Program-made: the position numbers and the translations under genes
The notes under the pieces: generated by a model
What the model saw: the letters and a program-made list of their open reading frames with translations, nothing else
Databases searched by the model: none
Told to the model about the DNA's origin: nothing
NCBI GenBank assembly: GCA_047495785.1
Contig: JBLDXI010000009.1
Span: forward strand, 1,550,001 to 1,614,000
Source of the DNA: Lepidodermella squamata
Taxonomy: Eukaryota; Animalia; Gastrotricha
Length of the DNA stretch: 64,000 bases
Direction: 5' to 3'
Shown here: positions 25,990 through 37,612 of the stretch, piece after piece
Numbering within the stretch: position 1 is the stretch's first letter
How the letters are laid out: every line of letters starts with the position of its first letter

Positions 25990-26531
25990 TTAAGCTCGAA
26001 CATGTGTCTGCTTCGCCACGACCTTGCCGATTTCCATGGTCTAAAGCAAAACGCAGGCTCGAATTATGAATTATTGCCTAACCAGGATGAAAAATCTATA
26101 CCTGAATCATCTGGCCGTTGACAATTTCACGGGTGACTTTCTGCGCCTTGACGTTGCCACTCACTGACGTTAGTTGAACGATTAGTTTGCCATCTGCGTA
26201 GGTAGCTATTGCCTTGTACTTTTCGCGGCCGAAGTCGGCAATAGTCTCACCGCCATTAACGTGGAACTCATTTTCAGGCTGCGTGTGCTGAAAATGAATG
26301 GAAGTTGTCAAAAATGAATACTTAATTTCGCCGGCAATTAAATCTCACCATAGTCGAGGTCATCTGAATTTTAATCTTGTCGCCATCGACTTTCATTGTC
26401 AACGTCGACGATACCTTCGACGCGATTTTTCGAATCGCCCATGGCACGCCGACTTCAGCGAGGAATTCCTCCATCTGCTCTGAATCGGTAACTTTCCATT
26501 TACCGTCGAATTCTTGCCAAGGGTGCGACAT
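25990..26531 (-). CDS. FABP copy 8, 3 exons (divergent)
   Basis: MSHPWQEFDGKWKVTDSEQMEEFL...TSTM|HTQPENEF...QMIQ|TMEIGKVVAKQTHVRA. Confidence 0.88.
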
Positions 26532-26789
26532 TCTCGAGTAAATTTACCTAAATAAAATTGTTGTCGAGCTCTAATTCGGAAGACACTGATATAACAAAGA
26601 GCGGTGCGAATAGCCTTTTATCTTTCTTTATTGCGATAACATTGCGATAAGTAACCGGCAAAAATCACAAATTTTCATGCGAGGAGGAAAAATAAAAGGC
26701 CCTAAAATAAGGGTGTTTTTAATATGATTTGATGTCTTGAATAACAACAATTTGAACTGGTTTAGTCGTGTTCAAGAATGGGGCGTAAT

Positions 26790-27111
26790 ATATTTTTTCC
26801 TTCATCGTAATAATACGATGTTTTATAATGAAAATGTATAGTAGCACATAGACCAATGCGATAAAACAGATGGTGTAGTAGTAGTAGGTTAGGCATGGAG
26901 TTTTTTGCCTGCTGGGCAAACATATGAAGACAGCTTTTGTACATCTACTCAATAATAGTCACAAAGACGCTATGGTGAACAGAAAAACGAGTGAGCCGTG
27001 TGAATTTATATGATGAAAATTCAGCGAAATTTGCATAGCGAACGTTGAAAGAACCGAATTGACAATATTTACAACTATTTTTGTATACCTATAATGCGTT
27101 TTAAAAATTTT
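26790..27111 (+). repeat. Interspersed repeat, copy 1 (copy 2 at ~54985-55320)
   Basis: ~320 bp of highly similar sequence (e.g. gtagcacatagaccaatgcgataaaacagatgg) in direct orientation 28 kb apart. Confidence 0.85.
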
Positions 27112-27169
27112 CTTGGCAATTTTCTTTTTGGGACCAAAAAAAAGCGACATAAATTCGTAATAACATCTA

Positions 27170-27348
27170 AAGGGTGGCCAAAAAATTCCGCAGAGCGGGA
27201 ATTCGCTGCGCACCATTTTAATGAGGAGTTTCAAGAAATTGAGGAGTTCCATTGCAAAAGAATGCTTGAATTTCTTCAACTTCTTAAAATTCCTCATTAA
27301 ATTGATGCGCAGCGAATTCCCGCTCTGCGGAATTTTTTGGCCACCCTG
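27170..27348. mobile_element. Fold-back Tc1/mariner-type MITE (179 bp)
   Basis: TA-(a)agggtggcc...ggccaccctg-TA; the two halves are near-complementary over almost the whole length. Confidence 0.85.
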
Positions 27349-27719
27349 TAGCAATACAAATAAGTCATAAATTTACTGGTTTATATTACGGAATAATGTG
27401 GGATTATAGTTACGTATTAGGTGATAGGCATCCTAAGAGTTGGAGAATCAGAACTGGCATCAAGCCATGAGCCACAGGTTAGCCGTTTTCTGCCTCAAAT
27501 TAGGCAGAATTTTCCGCTATTTAGCTTTTTCTGCCTAAATTGGTAAGTAGGCGCTTGAATCGCGTAAAACTCCACAAAATACCGTCAAAATTGAATTTTG
27601 TAGTCCATCTTGCAATAATAACTAACCTAAATGGCCCATTCCGTGAATAATTCATCGTTGGCGCCCATAATAAGGTGGTATAACACGTATAACATAAAAC
27701 GTGGTACTTCGCCTGTCTT

Positions 27720-28462
27720 CACTCTCACAGAAAAGACGGGTTAGCGTAATGCAAAAAAACCGCATAAAGGCGCCTTAGCCTAAGGCGCCCTGTATTTTCG
27801 TAAGACGCCTTGAAGGCGTCTTCGAGGCGCCTTTACTAAGGCGTCTTAGCCTGCTGAGGCGCCTTTACTAAGACGTCTTAGCCTGCTGAGGCGCCTTTAT
27901 CAAGACGTCTTTGTGGCAGAATTGAGCTTTAAAAAAATCTATCAATAAATCTATATAGGTTGTTGGGTTCGAACCCACGCACAATCATCCTCTCAGACAA
28001 CCCATCATCCTCTCTAACCACTACGCCACCACTGCTCTTGAAAACATTGTGCGATTTTTTGTTACTTGATCTGAATTTTTTTTGGTCAGTTGCACTCGCA
28101 AAAAATGTCAAGTCCCTGAAAAGACGTCCTAAGAAGACGACTTGGTAAGGCATCTTTAAAAGACGACTTCGTAAGACGTCTTAAGAAGACGCCTTGGTAA
28201 GCCATCTTTTAAAGACGCCTGGGTAAGGCGTCCATGACGAAGACGTCTTGGCAAGGCGCCTTAAAATTTTTGATTTTTTGTCAAAGTCCCCGGCTGACCG
28301 AGTTTTTTGTCATTAATCAGCCTAGGCTGTGAATCACAGCCCTCTAAGACGCCTTAGAGTGATGAATCATGATGCAAGGCGACTTGAAGACGCCTTAAAG
28401 GCGCCTTGGAGCGGCTCTAAGGCGCCTTAGGCCTCATCAAACCCGTCCTAAAAATGAGAGTG
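27720..28462. mobile_element. Non-autonomous CMC (CACTA/Mirage-like) element with subterminal palindrome arrays
   Basis: Termini CACTCTCA..AGACGGGTT / AACCCGTCC..TGAGAGTG, TT on both flanks, ~26 copies of AAGRCGYCTT in three blocks. Confidence 0.75.
27957..28035 (-). promoter_or_regulatory. tRNA-derived Pol III promoter-like segment (A box + B box); not an intact tRNA
   Basis: Minus strand TGGCGTAGTGGTTA ... GGGTTCGAACCC at tRNA-like spacing; acceptor and anticodon stems do not form. Confidence 0.6.
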
Positions 28463-28539
28463 TTGGAGCGGCGAATTAGTGATTATCTTTCTATCTTTGA
28501 TTTTTTAAATATAATGCGTTATCGATTATCGCCTTCACC

Positions 28540-28850
28540 AGAATGGAAGCTTTTTGGTTAAGGTCGAATTACATTTCTGTCCAAAGGATAGTTCGGCTTT
28601 ACAATGCATATGTGTTGCCTATTTTATTATTTAACTGCAGTATTTAACTGCAGGTCTGACCAAAGCGCAGTGGAATCGCCTCGACTCTCATCACCGAAAG
28701 AAGCTAAGTCGGCTACTCGGTATAAGGTACCCTGATACCATCAGCAATGAAGCCTTGTATGCCAAAACCAATACATCGAGGCTGTCTGATACAGTCAGGA
28801 AAATGCGATGGCGATACCTCGGTCACGCGCTTCGAAAGCCATGGCACGCC
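28540..28850 (+). mobile_element. RTE-like LINE reverse transcriptase C-terminal fragment
   Basis: RLYNAYVLPILLFNC...ISNEALYAKT...RWRYLGHALRK, frameshifted. Confidence 0.75.
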
Positions 28851-29343
28851 CCTGTTCAGTTTCATCAACACAGCCCCCACAGTGTCTTCCTTAAAAACAT
28901 ACACGGAAACCGTTTTGGCGAAAATTCGACAATGAACTTGAGAAATTCTATCGCCTTTACTACGCAGTTATTTTCATTTACTGCTGTCCCAAACCTGTTT
29001 CGGTTGATGTTGCTACGTTCGTGGAATCTGTTCCACCTTCCAGGTGATTTTTGTGTTTTACTTTGATGAACTTGTCTAGCAATATGATAATTTAGCGTCC
29101 CACTTCCACACCAGAAAAGCTTTAATTGACGCCGATACTCTAGAAATAAAACTGCACCGAATTCTTTTCATCTTCTGGAACAAACCACCTGTAAGATCCG
29201 CCGCGCATTTAAGGGTGAAGGCGATGTTTCTGAATTGAATAGTTTCACACGGTTGTTGCTAGGCAATTCATCACTATATATTGCAGCCACTCTGTCATTT
29301 TCCAATATTTTTTTCTGAAATTTTTGAAATCGCTAAAATAAGC

Positions 29344-30102
29344 ATGGGTTCAGGCAGTTCACGGGCTGAAGTGGCAAATCGACACATCGTTTCTTCGGCT
29401 GCTCACAAAGTTGGCACTTCAAGTAGTGAGCGACCAAATGATAAAAGTAAGTCAATGGAAATTGGAAATATCCTTTTCTGCAATTTTTTTTCATGACAAG
29501 CTTTTATGAAAAATCAGCTTTGTCTTTTGTCTTTGACAAAACTGATGCTTTATTTTTGTGCTATGAACTAGGTACGAACTATGAACTATGAACTATGAAC
29601 CATGCACTAATTTTGCAGATGTCGCTTATAATAAATATAATGTGTCGTTTAAAAAGTCAATGTAACGTAGGTTTTAAATCGAGACCGGGGGCGTAAGGTT
29701 GAACGCGAGATCGAATCTGCATCGAGAAATCGGAATCGGCATTTATTTTCTAGTATGTTATCGTAGGATCTCGTAGGTACACTATCGGTAAAACTCTTTG
29801 GTTTCTTTTAGGTTATTTCTGCAATAATTGCTCACTTAATCTGTGAACTCATATCATTTGTATAACTAGGATCGCAAAAAGTGACAGCGCTGAACGCGAG
29901 GATGATTAAACGCCTCTCGTTTGACGCAGCCGAGGCACAAGTTCATCAGAAGCAAGCATTCCCGCTTCCCGACATGATTTTCGGCAATGGATTTAATGAT
30001 TCGTTTCGTACACGAGGACTCAATAGGACCGACATGCAGATGGCGAAAAAAGTCACTGAATACCGAGCTGTTCCGAGTTCGTCGCGCTATGTTGCCCTCT
30101 AA
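29344..30102 (+). CDS. Small putatively N-myristoylated orphan protein (2-exon model)
   Basis: MGSGSS start (MGxxxS); phase-1 donor gtaagt at 29447 matches the acceptor at 29868-29869 in frame with ORF 29881-30102. Confidence 0.55.
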
Positions 30103-30388
30103 ACCTGAGCGACTTGATCAGTGAATTACCTCGGTTTTTTTACACAGCTTCAACAATAAAAGTCATTTTTACGGACATATCTCTCCATTTTACTGTTTAA
30201 ATATAAGAACGGAGCACGCCATTGGTTGTTGATCATTTTTTAGGGCGAGAAATTTTAAATCAAGTAAATTTCGCAATCCTGGGGTGCAAAAACCGTTGGC
30301 ACACGAACAACTAGAATTTGATAGGTACATATAACGCAGCCATGTGATGAGCATCTATCAGTCAAAGTTGAAACCTGAAAGCTAGTGG

Positions 30389-31155
<767 letters not shown>

Positions 31156-31301
31156 GATGAAAAACAGGCTATTAAAGCTTCAAATCTAAAAACAAATTGG
31201 AAATGTTTCAATGCTTGTGAATTTATTCACGTTTGATCACAAATTTTTATGAAAAAGAATTGAACAGCAGAAATAAACACAGCGATGCAAGAGCTAGGCA
31301 A

Positions 31302-32210
31302 TCACACTGGGCAATCGTAAATGTTGATTGAAGCATCATCGGAGACCGAAACGATTTTTGAACCGTAATTGTTGTATCGTGCGCACCAAACCTGGTCGGT
31401 GTGCTCTGTGAAGGTGTGAATACAAGCCCGAGCGGCGGCATCCCAAACTTTGACGGTTTTGTCTGACGAGGAGGTTACAAAGTGACGATTGTCAGGCGAG
31501 AAGTGAATGCTCAAAGCCCATGAAGAGTGCGCGGAAAGAGTTCCAATAGGAATGCCATGCTCAGTTTCAAACAGCCTCACGTGGCCGTCATCACTGGCAG
31601 TAACTACAATCTGAGTATCAGCCGAAAAAGCTACACTTCGAATAGGCATAGCATGAGCGTCAATTTGCTGCAAACGCTTGCCGGTGGTTACATCAAAAAC
31701 ACAAAGACGACCATCCGAACTGCCAGATGCGATAAACCGGCCATCCGGGCTGCATGCAACACTTAAAACGAACCCGGCATCCGTGTTGAAGGTTGATCTA
31801 ATGGAGCCACTGTCGACGGCGAAAAGGTTAACAGACCCTGTGTGGCTGCCGGAAACGATCAGTCGAGAATCGGGTGAAAACACAACGCCCCATACATCGG
31901 TTGGATTCGCCTCGAAACACTTGAGCATCTTGCCGATTTCCAGATCCCAAATTCGAATAGAACTATCCATGCTGGAAGAAACAGCCAACGTTCCAGTGGA
32001 ATTTATATCAACGGAGACAATTCCAAGCTGGCATCCCTCCATGGTATACCGAAGTTCTAGGTTATCACGGTTCCAACGCCAGCATTTGAGCATGTCATCA
32101 ACAGATCCAGTGACAATATTGTCAGAGCCTTCACGATCATTTCGAACCCAGGCACAAGACCAGATGTTGTCATCATGGGCCTGCTCTTTTTTGTAAGCCA
32201 AGGTATACAT
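31302..32210 (-). CDS. WDR61: WD repeat protein 61 (SKI8/SKIC8)
   Basis: 302-aa WD40 protein; QAHDDNIWSCAW, GCQLGIVSVDI, AHAMPIRSVAFS, HTDQVW, INIYDCPV. Confidence 0.93.
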   Translation of the reverse strand: MYTLAYKKEQAHDDNIWSCAWVRNDREGSDNIVTGSVDDMLKCWRWNRDNLELRYTMEGCQLGIVSVDINSTGTLAVSSSMDSSIRIWDLEIGKMLKCFEANPTDVWGVVFSPDSRLIVSGSHTGSVNLFAVDSGSIRSTFNTDAGFVLSVACSPDGRFIASGSSDGRLCVFDVTTGKRLQQIDAHAMPIRSVAFSADTQIVVTASDDGHVRLFETEHGIPIGTLSAHSSWALSIHFSPDNRHFVTSSSDKTVKVWDAAARACIHTFTEHTDQVWCARYNNYGSKIVSVSDDASINIYDCPV

Positions 32211-33776
32211 TTTCTACGAATAAGAAAATTAAATATGAATGGATTCATCATAAAAAGCATCGAATATATTCCATTCAAATATCCATCATTCGGAGTCGAA
32301 TACGCCGCTTTAAGCACAGAAGGATATTCATTTCTGATGACTGATCAACATTTTACGGCTACACTGACCAAAATTCAGACTTTCTCTCCTCAACATGGAG
32401 CCGTTGGAAATAAGACGAATAAAATAAGTACGTTGCGTTTAAAATGATGGGACCGTAATGATGAATCGTTCAAGTTTTATTCTACTTCGAGAGTTGAATC
32501 GGAAAACAGGTTAACAGTACAAACACTACCTTAAGCTTAATAACCACAATAAAATTCTTCTAAAACAAAAGAGAAACTCGGTGCAACTTTGCTCGTTAGT
32601 TGCTTTGCAGTAACTATGATCTTGGCGCATATAGCCTGTTCCTCGATCACTCTTTGCGTCTCATGCTGCTATAGATATGTGGAATCACTAGAATAGATGT
32701 GATACTGAAAATTTAACTGAAAGTCTCTGCGTTGTTCGTTGCACGACGAACCTGCGAGTCTACTCCCGATAGAGTCGGTTATCGGTTATCGAATTAATTT
32801 TTCCACTTTCTTGTCTATCGCGGACTCTCTACGGCCGATGTCATTGAACGCGATGGACAGTGAAATGAATCGTTGGAATCCGCCAAATCCTAAGAAAGCC
32901 AATGGCATTGTCACCCTTGACAAACGGATGGCATTCGGCAGACGTAAATGACATTTTAAGTTACCAAATCTAACTAGTCACGCTTGTAGGATTTTTGGAC
33001 GAGAAGTCAGAATTCAACGGTTGATTTGAGCCTCTAAGTACGGAACCCTGATTACTGTTGCCTGTTGCGAGGTGACGACGGTCAAATCCGGTCAAAGTGT
33101 TCATAAGAGATATTTCCCGGGTTGCATCCCATTACCTCATAAACTCAACTTTAACTCAAGAAACTTAGAAACTACAAAAACTACAACAAAAACAAGGACC
33201 TTGGAAGCCGGGAAAAGCCGGAATATACAGCTCCCCCAGTTAATTTTGACTTGAACCGCATTGCAACCCTTCATAAATATAGTCGAAACTAGGCATTTCA
33301 CAATAACATTCTGTTATTTAGTTAATACAAAATTTATAGTAATTTTTTAATAAAAAATAAGATATGTCATAGACATGCGCGGGAAAAAATGTTATCATGT
33401 GCGCTTATTATTTTATCATCGCGCCTTTTTTGAAGCGTATCGAGCGATTTCGCGCAATGTAAGGTTAACCTTTACCGGCGTGTAACGACGTGTAAAGCTT
33501 CTCGCCCGGGGCCAGGCTTAGAAAGCTTTGCCATCATTATTAAGAACTGCCATAGTTATTCTTTTTCCAGCTGTCGCATATTAATTATTCGAAATCGGTA
33601 ATCGCAGTGTTAGAAAAATGCCAACATCTGTTTCGTTGAAACTTAGCTTTAGCTTTTGTCTTAGTTCGACGTCGTCTCATTGAGATTCTGTTTGATTTTA
33701 GCAGTATTTCCCCACATTTTCTTGTTCATTTCTTTTGAAGGTTTAATTTTGATTGTTGAATTCTGATGAAATTCTG

Positions 33777-36700
33777 ATGGAAGATTTGAGGACAGATATT
33801 TTTAAGGCTCTCGAAAAGCTTTGCTTATCATCAGAATCGCCTTCATGCGATCAGTTCAAGGCATGCCCGTCGAATCAACGTAATTGCGTATGCTGCTTGG
33901 TGGAAACAATAATAAGCTTCCGAATCAGCTTGGCCGAGCCGGTTGTTGCCGAAGCTTTCAGTAAACATGCCCTACAACGAACGCCTAAGCCTGATTTTCT
34001 TACCTGCCCGAAATCATCTTACATATGGGAGATACTGGATTTGCTACGCGTATTGTCGACTGCCACTGGTCTTTTCCATAATGCTACGATGAGTAATACT
34101 GAGCTAAACATAGTAACCGTAGCTTTCGACGCTATTTTTTATATGGGAATAATTCCCCTCCTGCCAAGTGGATCAGTCGACCCGTTGGACAATCGCCTCC
34201 CTCAAGATTCAGCTCTTCGCTTGTCGTCAACATATTCTCACGTTTTAATGACAGCTGCAGTACGATTGAGGATTCTAGGCTCTCACGTGAAGGGCTTATG
34301 CTCTTGTGTGTTAACTTCGTCATTCATTTTTGAAGCATTCGTTCTATCACAGAGCAGCCAACATTTCTCAGATTTGATCGCAGCGCTAATTTACCTTAGC
34401 GAATCTCCAGAGGCTATTCAAACTACCACTAGTGAGGTTAGAGGCAGTTGGAAAGACTTGCTGGAGAATGAATTGCTGTCTAGGGCCTCTGTAGCGATTT
34501 CTATGCGCTCGTTATTATTCAACCTTAACAGGGTTACCGTCGACTCTCAAAAGATGAGCCTAATGTACGCGTCTGCTGCTTATGGGCACTTGTTGTCAAA
34601 ACTCGTCGCTTCAAGCAAAGAGGGGGTACGCCATCTTTTGGAAGTTTTCATGGAAACTGGCGGAGATATTTCGTTTGATCGATTTTCTCGCGAAGAAATA
34701 TGGAAAAGAAGTTTGGCAGTCGCGGCCGTGTTGATTCGATGTCCAACTTTTCTAAAGCCCTCAAATTACTACCCGTCGATAGCTAAGCAGCTTGCTTATT
34801 TATTAGACGGGTCAAGTAGGTTGTCGACAGTATTTTGCGCTGGTATTTATGCAGCAATATTGCTGCAGCCGATTCTTTTGGCCAAGAAAAACTCAACGTT
34901 GTCTGTAAAATTATCAAGGTTTTGCCGACTTTATTTTTATCCTATCCTGGTCGAACCCTCGTTTAATCTCGATGATAAGCTGAGCCTTTCATACAAAGAT
35001 GGGTTAACAGAACTCGTCAATGCATCTTGCCTATGCCGCCTTCACGCTTTACTGGACGCTATCCCGACATCAGTATTTGCCCACCTTGATCATTGCGATC
35101 TGCATGTTTTCATTCGAGCGATTACTCCGCTATGCTTCGAGCTTTTTTCATCTCTTCACGAAAATTCGCTCTTGTCGCCCGAAATCTCTCCTATTTGCAT
35201 CAAGATCATGCTGGCATTTACGAAATATTTTCCTGTCGCTCCAAACGGTCAAGGTACCGACATTCTCATCGATTGCGTCCTAAGACCCTTCCTACCCAAA
35301 GGCAAATCTTTCGAGAACTCTCTTGTTCTGCCGGCGGATCGACGTAGCTTCTCTTTCAAGCTGGATGATGACGAAGGCTCAATCGATCTCGAACAGCGGA
35401 TCCGTGGCCTGAAGATGGTTTTTGATAATCAAGCTCGTTCTGAATACGTTTGTGCGATTTGGTCGTTCCTGCTTAGTAGCTTTCGCCGCTTGCTTTTGCA
35501 TTTGGAAGCTAAGCTTCAAACCTCGGAGATTGCTGCCCTTTACATTCTATTGGGACAGTTTTCGGAAGAAGTAGCGGAATTTTCTGAATCGGAATTAGCC
35601 GATATGATGGCATCACCGGAGAAGTTCAACAGCTTGGTGGAATTTGTTGGGTTCTTATGCGATCGATTTGTCATAGTTGCAAACGAATCAGAGCAAGCCG
35701 AAAACGAGAGTGCCAATCTAGTCTCAGTAATAGAAAACACTATCTCTCTTTCAATGTCAATCGTTTCTTCTGTGTTGGTTAACAAGCCCGATGACCAAGA
35801 AATCTTGAGTTCGCTGCAAATTTTGGTTCCAAAGCTAAAAGCTATCCTGGAGTCATCTCTACTTTCTGCAAATATTCAAGAAGTTCTCAAGGCTTTTTTA
35901 GCTTTGTGTTCACCAGAGCAGTTTTCAAAATTGAAACCAAAACTTGGTGCAGAATTCGATAATGCTAAAATATCAGACTCTTTCAAAGCGGCCATCAATG
36001 GCATTGCCGATCCCATGTGCGCTGTAAAGGGTCATGGCTTGATAGCAGCCACAAGGCTAATCGAGTCCAAGCATGAAGTCGTGGCAGATATTTCGGTTCC
36101 ACTGGTCTTTCACCTATTCTTCCAATGTCTAGCTCACGAAGACACATACGTGCATCTGAATGCGACTAATGCAATGACATCACTAGCTTTGAAATTTCAC
36201 AAGGTTCTCGTTCCTAAACTGGCCAACATTTATGCGGGTCTACCAGATGACGAGGCTAAAATCTCCCGAACAGATGTTGATACGCGGCTGCGAATCGGCG
36301 AGTGTCTCTGTCGCGTCATCAAAGGATTGGGTGATCTGGCTCCAATTTACCGAGAGAATCTATTGAACAGTTGTCTCATCGCAGCGAAAGCGTGTGATTT
36401 GAATGAAAGTACCCTTGATGATGAGGAGAAAGAAGATAATGAAATCAGAATGCGATCAAGCGCGATATCGACCCTTGGTCAATTGGCTGGTGGTTTAAAA
36501 TTTTCATTGGCAGCGAATTCAGGCGAAGTTCTAGCGTGCTTAGCCGGATATTTGGCTAGTCGGATTGAACATTTGGAAGTAAGACGAGCCGCCGCTTGCG
36601 CTCTGGTGCTACTTCTTCGCGGATTTGATGATAACAGGAGTCATATTTTCTCCTTGGCTGATATTCTTCGTGACGTTGGGCGAATTCTTCGCCAAAATCG

Positions 36701-36824
36701 AGCTTCTTGCCTCGATGAAGTGCTTGCTTTGCATATTGATCTTGGACTACAGGAAATCGACCGTCTGGGCAAACTTTTACTTGAACCCGAGCATCAGATG
36801 CGCACCTTGATCAAATTGGCGTGA
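33777..36824 (+). CDS. TANGO6: TANGO6 / Rtp1-like HEAT-repeat protein
   Basis: ~1015-aa single-exon ORF; DPMCAVKGHGLI, HEDTYVHLNA, RLRIGECL, LGDLAPIY, MRSSAISTLGQL, EVRRAA match the RTP1 C-terminal region. Confidence 0.85.
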   Translation: MEDLRTDIFKALEKLCLSSESPSCDQFKACPSNQRNCVCCLVETIISFRISLAEPVVAEAFSKHALQRTPKPDFLTCPKSSYIWEILDLLRVLSTATGLFHNATMSNTELNIVTVAFDAIFYMGIIPLLPSGSVDPLDNRLPQDSALRLSSTYSHVLMTAAVRLRILGSHVKGLCSCVLTSSFIFEAFVLSQSSQHFSDLIAALIYLSESPEAIQTTTSEVRGSWKDLLENELLSRASVAISMRSLLFNLNRVTVDSQKMSLMYASAAYGHLLSKLVASSKEGVRHLLEVFMETGGDISFDRFSREEIWKRSLAVAAVLIRCPTFLKPSNYYPSIAKQLAYLLDGSSRLSTVFCAGIYAAILLQPILLAKKNSTLSVKLSRFCRLYFYPILVEPSFNLDDKLSLSYKDGLTELVNASCLCRLHALLDAIPTSVFAHLDHCDLHVFIRAITPLCFELFSSLHENSLLSPEISPICIKIMLAFTKYFPVAPNGQGTDILIDCVLRPFLPKGKSFENSLVLPADRRSFSFKLDDDEGSIDLEQRIRGLKMVFDNQARSEYVCAIWSFLLSSFRRLLLHLEAKLQTSEIAALYILLGQFSEEVAEFSESELADMMASPEKFNSLVEFVGFLCDRFVIVANESEQAENESANLVSVIENTISLSMSIVSSVLVNKPDDQEILSSLQILVPKLKAILESSLLSANIQEVLKAFLALCSPEQFSKLKPKLGAEFDNAKISDSFKAAINGIADPMCAVKGHGLIAATRLIESKHEVVADISVPLVFHLFFQCLAHEDTYVHLNATNAMTSLALKFHKVLVPKLANIYAGLPDDEAKISRTDVDTRLRIGECLCRVIKGLGDLAPIYRENLLNSCLIAAKACDLNESTLDDEEKEDNEIRMRSSAISTLGQLAGGLKFSLAANSGEVLACLAGYLASRIEHLEVRRAAACALVLLLRGFDDNRSHIFSLADILRDVGRILRQNRASCLDEVLALHIDLGLQEIDRLGKLLLEPEHQMRTLIKLA

Positions 36825-36900
36825 AAAAATGAATTTCTTTATTTGTTTTATTGTAATTTGCCTACATTATTCTAGTTTTGAATTATTTTAAACGAGAAAC

Positions 36901-37443
36901 ATGAAGCTCATCACCCATAATATGCTAACTTCGAACATCATCAAAGGTGTTACAAAAGGATACCCGTTGAAAATTATCGTGAGCTTCGGAATATTTTTTA
37001 AATTTTGCGCTAATTTATCAATTCATATTTTACAGGCCGCGCAAGTCAAGAAAAATGAAGTTGATTTCAACCCAAATTTCATTTCGAGGATTCTTAAGAA
37101 AATTGAATGGCCTGTGTTAGTAGATGCTGCCAAGACGGTTCGTTCGGTACATTTAACCATTCTCTTTGTTAATGCGACGAAATTACTTTCATCCTAATTG
37201 CAGGTTGGAGAAGGCGATTCGCTTCCGGCCGCTCTGCCCAGTGATTATGAAAGCGACGAGTCTTTGCTGAAAAAAGTCCATCACTACCTGCTTGAGGTGG
37301 AAATCCAAGAGGGCGAACTTGAATGCCCTGAAACTGGCCGCCGATTTCCCATTCGAAACGGCATTCCCAACATGCTGTTGAACGAAGATGAAGTCGATCG
37401 TTCAGGAAAATCGACCACAAGCCAAGCACAGGCGCAAAATTAG
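36901..37443 (+). CDS. TRMT112: Methyltransferase activator TRM112
   Basis: MKLITHNML...GYPLKI; [36 protein letters not shown]; 2 introns. Confidence 0.96.
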
Positions 37444-37612
37444 CCTGTCAGAACTCAAGTGTCAATAGTCAATATTGGATGAAAAATAACTATTCATTCC
37501 CCTAATAGAATGCCTGATTTGTTGGGCTTGTCATTCCGGATATTAAATCGATTTTATTGAAATTCAATTTAAATTTGAATTAGAATTATTATTATTATCT
37601 TGAAGCTGATAG

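Noticed and set aside
27957-28035. Functional tRNA gene
   Set aside because: A and B boxes are present but acceptor and anticodon stems cannot be formed.
27767-28430. Palindromic repeat array resembling a CRISPR
   Set aside because: Repeats are 10 bp with mostly 1-12 nt gaps, there are no unique spacers or cas genes, the context is eukaryotic, and the array lies within transposon TIRs.
32220-33750. SL RNA, snRNA or C/D snoRNA in the divergent intergenic region
   Set aside because: Only isolated TGATGA/CTGA and ATTTTTGG words; no leader-donor-Sm arrangement or guide complementarity that I could verify.
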